Shown piece after piece: positions 18,895 to 27,669 of a DNA stretch of 64,000 bases. Origin of the DNA: Candidatus Parcubacteria bacterium. Lineage in GTDB: Bacteria > Patescibacteriota > Patescibacteriia > UBA1558 > GWA2-36-10. How positions within the stretch are numbered: position 1 is the first letter of the stretch; the number at the start of each line of letters is the position of its first letter. Location of the stretch: positions 152,394 to 216,393 of the forward strand of contig JABHSK010000001.1 of NCBI GenBank assembly GCA_018669975.1, written 5' to 3'. The translations under genes were made by a program, and so were the position numbers. The notes beneath the pieces are model-generated. The model made no database searches and was not told where the DNA came from. It was given only the letters and a program-made list of their open reading frames with translations.

Positions 18895-19755
18895 ATGAGC
18901 CTATTAGAGATTTTCCAGGTAGCAGCCGGCACAGTAGCTGGTCGCGACCACACTCAAGTAGGTAAAAACAATCAGGACGCCTTTTGCTTTGCTGCCCATG
19001 ACGATGTCATGGCTGGTGTAGTCTGTGATGGCTGCAGCACTGGCAAGCATTCGGAGGTTGGTTCTAAACTAATCGCACGCCTGATTGTCCGCCAAATCAT
19101 CACCAACAAGGACAAGTTCCAAGGTGGCGATGACTCTATTTCCCGTTTGATGCAGAGAATTAAAAACTCTGCCCTAATGTACGTCCAGCTTTTAGCTGAT
19201 GGCATGGGCATGAGTTTTTCTCAGGCAATCAATGATTATTTTCTGTTTACCCTGGTGGGTACGATTATTTTTCCGGACAAGAGTATTATTTTTTCCTTGG
19301 GTGACGGTGTCTTTGCCCACAACGGTGAAGTGACCACAGTTGGTCCTTTTCCGGGCAATGCTCCGCCCTACCTGGCTTATAACTTGGTAACAACTGATCT
19401 AGCCACCGAAAATCCTGATCTCCTGGACTTCAATGTCCATGTGATTCATGAAACTTCCCTGACAAGCTCAATCTTGATTGGCTCTGATGGGATCTGTGAC
19501 CTGATCGACATCGCCGAGCTCAATATGCCAGGCAAACCCAAGCTAGTTGGTCCCATGTCACAATTTTGGACAGACGACCGCTACTTCAACAATCCGGATA
19601 TGGTCCGACGAAAGTTGGTCCTAATCAATCGTGAAGCAACCAGACTGGATCGGGAAGGCCCAAGCTTGCAAAAGTATCCAGGCCTACTCCCCGACGATAC
19701 CACTCTGATTGCCATCCGCCGCAAACCCATTACCGAGGAAGGTGGTGAGGACTAA
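18895..19755 (+). CDS. PP2C-family Ser/Thr protein phosphatase-like protein.
   Basis: Motifs GRDHTQVGKNNQDAF, VCDGCSTGKH (DGxG), GSDGICD and DDTTLIAIR. AGGAGG RBS. GC ~55%. Confidence 0.7.
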   Translation: MSLLEIFQVAAGTVAGRDHTQVGKNNQDAFCFAAHDDVMAGVVCDGCSTGKHSEVGSKLIARLIVRQIITNKDKFQGGDDSISRLMQRIKNSALMYVQLLADGMGMSFSQAINDYFLFTLVGTIIFPDKSIIFSLGDGVFAHNGEVTTVGPFPGNAPPYLAYNLVTTDLATENPDLLDFNVHVIHETSLTSSILIGSDGICDLIDIAELNMPGKPKLVGPMSQFWTDDRYFNNPDMVRRKLVLINREATRLDREGPSLQKYPGLLPDDTTLIAIRRKPITEEGGED

Positions 19756-21632
19756 TGAACGTTTACGTTCAAGGACAACTTGTCCGTCTTGATCCTCGCA
19801 ACTCTATCGGTAAAGGTGGCGAGGCCGATGTTTTCAAGATGGGCAGCTCACAAGCTGTTAAAATATTCAAAACACCAAGTCATCCAGACTTTGTTGGACA
19901 AGATCACGAAAAAGCAGCAGCTGAAGCGAGGCTCAAAGAGCATCAGCTGAAGCTGCGCGAATTTCCGAAGGGCCTGCCGCCACGAGTCATTACTCCGGTG
20001 GACTTGGCTACCGACAAATCGGGTCGCCTGATCAAGGGCTACGTCATGCCACTGATTGGTGACTCGGAAGTTCTGCTGCGCTATGGCGAACGCAAGTTCC
20101 GCCAAGGTGTTGTCGGAAACGACATGGTGGTCAATATTTTCACAGATATGCATGACACCATATCCGGCATTCATTCCGTCAAGGTAGTCATTGGAGATTT
20201 CAACGATCTCAACATCCTGGTAACAGATCAGGGTGAAGCCTATTTCATCGATGCAGACAGCTTCCAGTTTAGCAGTTACCTGTGTCGGATGTTTACTGGC
20301 AAATTCGTTGATCCTCTACTCTGTGATCCCAAGCACAAAAGTCCGATGCTCAATAAACCCCATAATGCCGAATCAGACTGGTATTCCTTTGCCGTTATGC
20401 TCATGCAGTCACTGTTGTTCGTCGGTCCCTACGGCGGTATCTACCGTCCCAGGGACAAAGGCAAACGAATGACGCATGATGCTAGGCCGCTGCATAGAGT
20501 GACGATATTTGACCCCGAGGTCAAATATCCCAAGCCGGCTACACCCTACGGTATATTGCCGGATGATCTCTTGCAACAGTTCTATCAGATTTTTGTCAAA
20601 GATCAGCGTGGTCAATTTCCATTAACTTTACTCGAGGGTCTTCGCTGGACTACCTGCAACGCCTGTGGCGCCGAACATGCCCGAGCAATCTGCCCGGAAT
20701 GTTCACAAGCAGCTCCAGCAGCCATCAAGGAAAAAGTCACGATCAGGGGCACAGTCAAATCCACTCGGATCTTCAAGACCGGTGGCACAATTGTCTATGC
20801 TACTGTTCAAAACGGAAAATTGCGCTGGCTCTACCATGAGTCCAATATACTCAAACGCGAAGACGAGTCCCAGGTAGTGAGCGGCAAACTCAATCCTCGG
20901 ATGCGTTTCCGTATCCAGGGAAACAACACACTGATCGGCCAAACCGGCCAATTGGCAGTGGTTTCTCCTGGAAACAAACCTTCACCCATGACTGTCGACA
21001 ACTACACGGGCGTATTACCCATGTTTGATGCCAACGGTGATCACCGCTACTGGTTGCAAAACGGCCAGCTAATGCGTGACGATCGTCTCGGCACCAGCAA
21101 GGTTATCGGCGATGTCTTGGAAAACCAGACTATGTTCTGGACTGGTGACAAGTTTGGCTTTGGATTCTATCGAGCTGGAGAACTATGTAGAGCCTTCATC
21201 TTCGATGCTCAGAAGTCTATTCTCAATGATTCAGTCAAGCTGCCTCCTATCAGAGGTCAGATAGTTGACGCCACCTGTTGCATTAGCAATAACCGAGTCT
21301 GGTTCCTGGTTTCGACCAGGCAAGGCGGCAAGACTATCAATCAGTGCTTGTTGTTCAAGCCTGATGGTACTCTGGTAGCCACAGCTGAAGCTGAAGAAGG
21401 AGACGACTCCTGGCTGTCGACCATCCGTGGCAAGTGTGCTGCTGGCGACTTTATGCTAGCAGCTACTGAAGACGGCCTGGTCCGTATCGAAGCCAATGGC
21501 AGCGGTCTCAGTTTGACCAAGGAATTCCCTGACGCAGAACCATTCGTCCACCCCGGCTGCAGGCTTTTTGCCAGTCGAGAAGGACTTTGTGTCATCGATC
21601 ATCAAGAAATTCGGGTACTGAAAATTTCCTAA
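19755..21632 (+). CDS. Ser/Thr protein-kinase-like protein with a C-terminal zinc-ribbon and a beta-rich domain.
   Basis: Gly-rich loop IGKGGEADVFK with Lys in AVKIFK; catalytic-loop-like IGDFNDLNILV; DFG-like FIDADSF. It also has CNACG...CPEC. TAATG start overlap with the phosphatase suggests translational coupling. Confidence 0.65.
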   Translation: MNVYVQGQLVRLDPRNSIGKGGEADVFKMGSSQAVKIFKTPSHPDFVGQDHEKAAAEARLKEHQLKLREFPKGLPPRVITPVDLATDKSGRLIKGYVMPLIGDSEVLLRYGERKFRQGVVGNDMVVNIFTDMHDTISGIHSVKVVIGDFNDLNILVTDQGEAYFIDADSFQFSSYLCRMFTGKFVDPLLCDPKHKSPMLNKPHNAESDWYSFAVMLMQSLLFVGPYGGIYRPRDKGKRMTHDARPLHRVTIFDPEVKYPKPATPYGILPDDLLQQFYQIFVKDQRGQFPLTLLEGLRWTTCNACGAEHARAICPECSQAAPAAIKEKVTIRGTVKSTRIFKTGGTIVYATVQNGKLRWLYHESNILKREDESQVVSGKLNPRMRFRIQGNNTLIGQTGQLAVVSPGNKPSPMTVDNYTGVLPMFDANGDHRYWLQNGQLMRDDRLGTSKVIGDVLENQTMFWTGDKFGFGFYRAGELCRAFIFDAQKSILNDSVKLPPIRGQIVDATCCISNNRVWFLVSTRQGGKTINQCLLFKPDGTLVATAEAEEGDDSWLSTIRGKCAAGDFMLAATEDGLVRIEANGSGLSLTKEFPDAEPFVHPGCRLFASREGLCVIDHQEIRVLKIS

Positions 21633-21715
21633 ATCTAGGAAAGGAGCCTCCAAAAAAATATTACGCAAGTCAATTCTTTCACAGAACGATTAACCAAACC
21701 TGAGGAGAACATACC

Positions 21716-22762
21716 ATGTCTCAGCTCAACACTCTGCCCGTGCCCGCTCACTTCAATCCGGCTCGCGCCAACGAAGTGTACCGTGTTGGCTACCAGGGTC
21801 TGGCCACCGAAGCCGCAGCCTGGCGCAAACAGCATGACATCCGTCCCGCTGCCAGCGATCGCAAGGTCATCACTCTGATGCCCATCGACTGCCAAAACAC
21901 CTTCTGTCTGCCCGAGTTCGAACTGTTCGTGGGCGGCCAGTCTGGCACCGGTGCCATCGACGACAACGTCCGCTTGACGGAGTTCATCTACCGCAACCTG
22001 GGCGTACTGACCAAGATCACGCCAACGATGGACACCCATCTGCTGATGCAGATCTTCCATTCCATCTTCTGGGTCAACGAGGCCGGCGAAAATCCGGAAC
22101 CCAATGCCACCGTCATCACTCTTGACGACGTCAAGGCGGGAACCTGGAAAGTCAATCCGGCCATCGCGCACAGTATCGCCAGAGGCAACTACACGGCACT
22201 GCAGGCTCACGCCATGCACTATGTCGAGAAGCTGACCGATGACGGCAAGTATCCCCTGATGATCTGGGGTTACCACGCCATGCTCGGTGGCATCGGCCAC
22301 GCTCTGACCTCAATCATCGAAGAAGCCTGTTTCTTCCACGCTGTGGTTCGCCACAGCCAAACTGGCTTCGAAACCAAGGGCGGCGATCCACTGACGGAAA
22401 ACTATTCGGTTCTCCGTCCCGAAGTGCTGACCACCACCGGCGACAAAGTGCGTACTCAGAAGAACGCCATGTTTATCCGTACGCTCCTCGAGTCCGACGC
22501 GGTCATTATCGCCGGTCAGGCCAAGAGCCACTGTGTGGCTTGGACTATCGCCGATCTTCTGGACGAGATCAACGCCCAGGATCCGACGCTGGCCAAGAAG
22601 GTTTATCTGCTCGAAGACTGCACCTCACCGGTGGTTATCCCTGGCGTGATTGATTTCACTGACCAGGCCAACGAGGCATTCCAGCGTTTCGCTGACGCCG
22701 GCATGCACGTGGTACAGTCCACCGATCCGATCGACACCTGGCCCGGCCTCAACCTGGGCTAG
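21716..22762 (+). CDS. Isochorismatase-family cysteine hydrolase, nicotinamidase (PncA)-like, with a ~150-aa extension.
   Basis: MPIDCQNTFC (the VDxQNDF equivalent), metal-binding MDTHLL...FH, and catalytic Cys in GQAKSHCVAWT. Confidence 0.55.
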   Translation: MSQLNTLPVPAHFNPARANEVYRVGYQGLATEAAAWRKQHDIRPAASDRKVITLMPIDCQNTFCLPEFELFVGGQSGTGAIDDNVRLTEFIYRNLGVLTKITPTMDTHLLMQIFHSIFWVNEAGENPEPNATVITLDDVKAGTWKVNPAIAHSIARGNYTALQAHAMHYVEKLTDDGKYPLMIWGYHAMLGGIGHALTSIIEEACFFHAVVRHSQTGFETKGGDPLTENYSVLRPEVLTTTGDKVRTQKNAMFIRTLLESDAVIIAGQAKSHCVAWTIADLLDEINAQDPTLAKKVYLLEDCTSPVVIPGVIDFTDQANEAFQRFADAGMHVVQSTDPIDTWPGLNLG

Positions 22763-22830
22763 TTCCTACTAACTCAAGTTCAATAAGTATTTAGTCAAAC
22801 AACCTTAAACCTCTAAAAGGAGGCTCAATA

Positions 22831-23610
22831 ATGAGTGATGTCAACAGTCTGTTCCAGTCAGCTGCCGATGAAGGCGAATTGTCGCCCGAGGCTCTCGGTG
22901 TATTGCAGGTGGCGGATGTCGGTGCTCAAATCCAGAATGCTCTGGGTGTGGACCCCGACGAGTTCGAGGCTTCCGAGGTCATCCTGATGACCCAGATGCC
23001 CGACGACTCCGGTTCCATTCGCTTTGCTGGCAATAGCCAAGTGATGCGTGACGGCCACAACCTGGTCCTGGAATCGCTCGGCGGCACCAAGCAAGCCGAC
23101 GCTGTCCTGGCCATGTGTCGCTACCTGAACGGTCACGTACTGTATCCTTACAGTCCGCTGGCCCAGGCAGTACGCATGGACAGCAACAACTACGACCCGA
23201 ACCACGGTACCCCGCTCTATGACGAAACGGTAGTCTTGCTCGGTGCGGTCCTGGCCAAGGCCCAGGAGTTCGCCGACAATGGCATCGTCGCTCGGACGGT
23301 GACGCTGATCATCTCCGATGGCGCCGATGTTCACTCCCGTCGCAACACCCCAACCGATGTCGCCAAACTGGTCAAGGACATGCTCAAGCAGGAAAACCAC
23401 ATCGTGGCTGCCATGGGCATCGATGACGGCGACACCGACTTTCGGCAGGTCTTCAGCGAGATGGGTATTCTGGACGAGTGGATTCTGACTCCTGGCAACA
23501 GCGAGAGTGAAATCCGCGCGGCTTTCCAGACCGTTTCGCAGTCGGCCGTTCGTGCCTCCCAGGGAGGCGCCAGCTTCTCGCAGACTGCCATGGGCGGCTT
23601 CGGGAGCTGA
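22831..23610 (+). CDS. von Willebrand factor A (vWA) domain protein, TerY-like.
   Basis: MIDAS-like DDSGS and ISDGAD motifs. It is the third member of a phosphatase/kinase/vWA triad. A terminator hairpin follows at ~23640-23680. Confidence 0.5.
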   Translation: MSDVNSLFQSAADEGELSPEALGVLQVADVGAQIQNALGVDPDEFEASEVILMTQMPDDSGSIRFAGNSQVMRDGHNLVLESLGGTKQADAVLAMCRYLNGHVLYPYSPLAQAVRMDSNNYDPNHGTPLYDETVVLLGAVLAKAQEFADNGIVARTVTLIISDGADVHSRRNTPTDVAKLVKDMLKQENHIVAAMGIDDGDTDFRQVFSEMGILDEWILTPGNSESEIRAAFQTVSQSAVRASQGGASFSQTAMGGFGS

Positions 23611-23819
23611 GCTAGCTCTGGGATAATTCAAAACCAAATATTAGGAGGTGCACCCCACGTGGTGCACCTCCGCCCCTTTTTTCTTTAGAAATAAGAAAAT
23701 TGTAGCTAAAATAATTTGGCTATAACCTTTTTGTTCCTAACCTTAAAAGTTTCGAGCATAGTTTTGAACCTTCACAAATGAAACGTTTAGATAAAAATCT
23801 CAAACCAAGGAGAAAAATC

Positions 23820-24389
23820 ATGGCAAATAACATGCCGCAAAGACTCGTCTACGATGGCTTCCTAAAAGTCAAAGTAGTCGAAACACCCGAGGGACCTCGT
23901 GAAGTGGTCCAGGTAACCAATTCTGTCAGCATTCTGCTCTTCAACCCAGACGAAAAATACGTACTCTTAATCCGACAAGCTCGAGTTCCTATGATTTCTG
24001 ATAGCAATCCTGGCGGCTTCATAGTAGAAACCGTAGCTGGTCGCTTTGATATCAATGTAGGTGTCACAGCATTGGCAATTAAGGAAGCCCAGGAAGAGGT
24101 CGGCGCCACCATCGAAGAAAGCGATGTCGTATTACTTAATGGTGGTAAGCCGCTGGCTTTGTCGCCCGGTGTTTTAACCGAGCGCGCCTACCTGGCCATG
24201 GCCAAAGTTGATGTACCCTACGGCGAAGCCACAGACCGTGTCTTTGGTGTCGCCGATGAAGGTGAAAGCATCCAACGCGTCTTCATGAAATTCGATGAGA
24301 TCACCGATTATCTCAACAGCGGCCAGTGCGAAGACCTGCGTGTCTTTACTCTGCTGAGCATGCTGCTGATGTCGGAAAATTTCGAATAA
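23820..24389 (+). CDS. NUDIX hydrolase, ADP-ribose pyrophosphatase-like.
   Basis: Nudix box AGRFDINVGVTALAIKEAQEEVGA and aaggag RBS. The start was chosen at MANNMPQ (23820). Confidence 0.7.
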   Translation: MANNMPQRLVYDGFLKVKVVETPEGPREVVQVTNSVSILLFNPDEKYVLLIRQARVPMISDSNPGGFIVETVAGRFDINVGVTALAIKEAQEEVGATIEESDVVLLNGGKPLALSPGVLTERAYLAMAKVDVPYGEATDRVFGVADEGESIQRVFMKFDEITDYLNSGQCEDLRVFTLLSMLLMSENFE

Positions 24390-24453
24390 AACCCTCCCAA
24401 ACACATTGACCCGAAGTAATTTGTAATAACGAACCAAAAGAAGGGAAAAAACC

Positions 24454-25332
24454 ATGGCCAAAGATCCTGGAACCATTAAAAGGTTACCTGACGGAACTGT
24501 AAAAGTCAGGGCCCAAAATATGAGTCCTGGCATCCTCAAGTGGCCTGGAGTTCAGTGTGAAAACCCTGATGCTCCCGAAGCCGAGCGATATTACTTCAAG
24601 ATCTTTACTGACAAGACTGTTTATCTGCCCGACGAATACGAACAAGCTGTTCGAGAAGTGCTGCGATCCGGTAAGGATATCGTAGTTTTAGCCGGCAACG
24701 GCTACTCGGATATCAACCCTCAGCGTTGCGCTGACTGGGGCATTAAGCAGGGCGCTTACGAAGAAGCTTCGTTTGCCCTACTGGATAATGCGTACCAGAG
24801 ACTGCGTGAACAGCTAACTGGTATCGATATCCGGATTGCTCATGGAGCATCCCATATGGGTATCGATCTGGTCCTGATGCGTCTGGCTGAGAAATACAAC
24901 ATTCCTCAGTTGGGGCACAGCTGTGTCCGCTATATGTTCTACGTGCAGGACGATGATATCCCAGTATGGGTTGGCAATGATGTCGATCACTACGTCGAAG
25001 GATTCACCGATTCCCTGGACGTTCTGGTGTCAGCCAACGGAGCTCTGCAGTCCTATCGAATGGACGTCAAAGCTGTATTCGAAAAAGGCAAGCACTGGAT
25101 CCCACTCAATGTACTCCAGGCTATTTCTACCACTGGTGGTCCCCCGGCCATGGATGCCGACGGCAAGATCGTCGACGCCGTAGCCCTGTTCTACCAGAGG
25201 GTGCATATGATCACCGTACAGATGGGAGTAGTCGGTGAAGATCACTGGCTCAGCATGGTCGACAAGACCTCAACAACGCTGGTTTCCATCTGTCGCAATC
25301 TGATTAGCCCCCAAAGGGCTTTCATGACATAA
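24454..25332 (+). CDS. Hypothetical protein, possibly a Rossmann-like nucleotide/ligand-binding (SLOG/LOG-like) domain.
   Basis: The only hint is the DIVVLAGNGYSDINPQRCADWGI segment, which loosely recalls DprA/LOG-type glycine-rich strands. No firm motif was found. Confidence 0.4.
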   Translation: MAKDPGTIKRLPDGTVKVRAQNMSPGILKWPGVQCENPDAPEAERYYFKIFTDKTVYLPDEYEQAVREVLRSGKDIVVLAGNGYSDINPQRCADWGIKQGAYEEASFALLDNAYQRLREQLTGIDIRIAHGASHMGIDLVLMRLAEKYNIPQLGHSCVRYMFYVQDDDIPVWVGNDVDHYVEGFTDSLDVLVSANGALQSYRMDVKAVFEKGKHWIPLNVLQAISTTGGPPAMDADGKIVDAVALFYQRVHMITVQMGVVGEDHWLSMVDKTSTTLVSICRNLISPQRAFMT

Positions 25333-25344
25333 AAGGAGGAGTCG

Positions 25345-26601
25345 ATGAAAGACCGACCAATCATCACCTCTCTCATGGACATCGACTTCTACAAGTTGAC
25401 CATGGGACAATTGATTTTTCTCATGTATCCGGATGTGCAAACAACTTTCCGATTCATCAATCGAACCAAGGGTGTGCCTTTGTCGCACTACGTCGACATT
25501 GGTGAACTACGTGAACAGTTGCAGCATGTCCAGACCCTGCGTGTAAACAACACCGAGCTGCACTATCTAAGGGGAACCAACGAATACGGCGAGCGGATGT
25601 TCCGCGAGCCGTACCTAGAATTCCTGCGCGATATGCAGCTACCGGATTTCGAGCTGTCAACTGACAGTGATGGACAACTTCGTATATTCTTCCCTGGTCT
25701 CTGGTCTACCAATACCTATTGGGAGACTCTGGCCCTGTCGATTACCAGCGAGCTGTGGTGTCGTTCCCAGATGAAGCATCTCAGTCGCTTCGAGCGTGAG
25801 CTAATCTGGGCCGAAGGTCAAAAACGACTGGCTACCAAGCTAGCTATCCTAACCGATCCCCAAAACAGCAGTCTGACCATTTCGGACTTTGGTACTCGTC
25901 GTCGCTTCTCCAAGGAGTGGCAGTGGTATGTGGTCCGTACACTGGCTGAGGAACTTCTCCCTGGACAGTTCCTGGGAACCTCCAATGTCCAGTGCGCCAT
26001 GGATCATGGCCTACTACCGATGGGTACCTCGGCTCACGAATTGCCGATGGTTCTATCGGGTATCATGCACGGTAGTGATGATGAAATCCGCGCCTCCAGC
26101 CAGAAGGTTCTGGCGGACTGGTGGGAAATCTATGGCCACGGCCTGTCGATCTTCCTGCCGGATACCTATGGCACTGATTTCTTCTTTAATGATCTGACTC
26201 GTGAACAGGTCGAAAATTGGAAGGGCTTCCGCCACGATTCGGGTGATCCGATCGAGTTTGGCGAGAAAGTTCTCCGCCTCTATCAGCGTCACGGTGTCGA
26301 TCCTCTGGCTACCGGCAAGTTCATCGTTTTCAGCGATGGACTGGATATGAACACTATCATCCAGCTACACCAGCACTTCAGGGATCGCATCCGTATCAGC
26401 TTTGGTTGGGGTACTAACCTGACCAATGACATGGGTCTGCGCACCTTGTCTCTGGTAATCAAGGCTTACGAGGCCTGCGGTCACGGCTTAGTCAAGTTGT
26501 CTGACAACCTGGACAAAGCCACCGGTCTGCCGGATGACATCGAACGTTTCAAGGCTATTTTTGGCCACACCACTACCTATCGACAGGAGTGTTTGGTCTA
26601 A
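25345..26601 (+). CDS. pncB: Nicotinate phosphoribosyltransferase.
   Basis: DIDFYKLTMGQLIF, DFGTRRRFS, GTSNVQCAMDHGLLPMGTSAHE, GFRHDSGDP and KLSDNLDKATG give close collinear similarity to E. coli PncB. A terminator hairpin follows at ~26607-26640. Confidence 0.85.
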   Translation: MKDRPIITSLMDIDFYKLTMGQLIFLMYPDVQTTFRFINRTKGVPLSHYVDIGELREQLQHVQTLRVNNTELHYLRGTNEYGERMFREPYLEFLRDMQLPDFELSTDSDGQLRIFFPGLWSTNTYWETLALSITSELWCRSQMKHLSRFERELIWAEGQKRLATKLAILTDPQNSSLTISDFGTRRRFSKEWQWYVVRTLAEELLPGQFLGTSNVQCAMDHGLLPMGTSAHELPMVLSGIMHGSDDEIRASSQKVLADWWEIYGHGLSIFLPDTYGTDFFFNDLTREQVENWKGFRHDSGDPIEFGEKVLRLYQRHGVDPLATGKFIVFSDGLDMNTIIQLHQHFRDRIRISFGWGTNLTNDMGLRTLSLVIKAYEACGHGLVKLSDNLDKATGLPDDIERFKAIFGHTTTYRQECLV

Positions 26602-26709
26602 TTATATTGGTGGTGACTCCGTGTCACCACCCTTTTCTCAAGTTACTTATGCATTAGGTGATTTAAGAGAAGTAAAAAGTTCATTCACAATTCACAGAAA
26701 GGAAAAACC

Positions 26710-27636
26710 ATGGCTACCATAGTGTATTCATGCCAAGGCATGCAAAATTTGTCCGACGACCTAGTAGGAACTGGCGTACAAGTTAGGCGAATTGACTGGA
26801 AAACGTTTAAGGATGGCTATCCGGACCTTATTATTCCTGATGTCCATGAAATCCGCGGCAATGACGTGGTTTTCCTGGCCAGCATGGAAAATCCCCAAAC
26901 CATCTTCGAACAACTATCAGTTATTTATGCCATACCTCGCTATGGCGCCCGTTCCTTGACCATTGTATTACCCTATTTCCCGACAGCCACCAAGGATCGT
27001 GTGGATGAGGAAGGTGAAATCTGCACCGCCAAAACTCTGGCGAGAATGTTTTCAGCTACTCCCTTGTCTATGCACGGACCGGCTCGTCTGGTGATGTTTG
27101 ACATTCATGCTCTGCAGGAAAGATTCTATTTCGAAGATACCATTATCCCGCAAATGGCTACGGCCATTCCTCTGCTCAAAAAGCAACTGGAAACGGATGC
27201 AAGTATCGCTATCGCCTTTCCTGATGAAGGTGCCTGGAAGCGCTTCCATCGTTTCTTTGAAGACTACCCGCAGATCATCTGCCACAAAGTCCGTCAAGGA
27301 GATGAACGCATCGTCACCATCAAAGAGGGTAATCCGCGTGGTTATCATGTAGTCATCGTCGATGATTTGGTCATGACCGGTGGCACTCTGGATGAGTGTC
27401 GCAAAGTTTGCATCGAAGCTGGCGCCAAGACTGTTAGTGCTTTTGTTACCCACCCGGTCTTTCCCCAAGAATCCTGGAAACGCTTTACTGGCAGTGGTCC
27501 TGATCAATTTAAGAATTTCTGGATCACAGATTCTTGCCCTGATACTATCAAGGCTATTAATCATGCACACCCCTTCAAACTTCTACCCCTGACACAGACA
27601 ATTCGTGATATAATAGATAGCGAAATAAGACACTAA
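26710..27636 (+). CDS. prs: Ribose-phosphate pyrophosphokinase (PRPP synthetase) family protein with an atypical N-terminus. It could be a canonical Prs or an ADPR-PP-synthetase-type paralogue.
   Basis: VMFDIHALQERFYFE (like DLHAEQIQGFFD), IAFPDEGAWKRF, the PRPP-binding loop VIVDDLVMTGGTL, and VSAFVTHPVF. Confidence 0.75.
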   Translation: MATIVYSCQGMQNLSDDLVGTGVQVRRIDWKTFKDGYPDLIIPDVHEIRGNDVVFLASMENPQTIFEQLSVIYAIPRYGARSLTIVLPYFPTATKDRVDEEGEICTAKTLARMFSATPLSMHGPARLVMFDIHALQERFYFEDTIIPQMATAIPLLKKQLETDASIAIAFPDEGAWKRFHRFFEDYPQIICHKVRQGDERIVTIKEGNPRGYHVVIVDDLVMTGGTLDECRKVCIEAGAKTVSAFVTHPVFPQESWKRFTGSGPDQFKNFWITDSCPDTIKAINHAHPFKLLPLTQTIRDIIDSEIRH

Positions 27637-27669
27637 CCAAGACCGCAAGGTCCAAGGAGGAATAAAATC

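Noticed and set aside
22858-23637. 259-aa minus-strand ORF antisense to the vWA gene. Similar long antisense ORFs lie at 48485-49084, 50424-51008, 55149-55718, 21635-22300 and 24174-24539.
   Set aside because: These are typical spurious antisense ORFs in GC-rich DNA. The sense-strand genes have an RBS, promoter and terminator, and recognisable motifs. The antisense ORFs have none of these.
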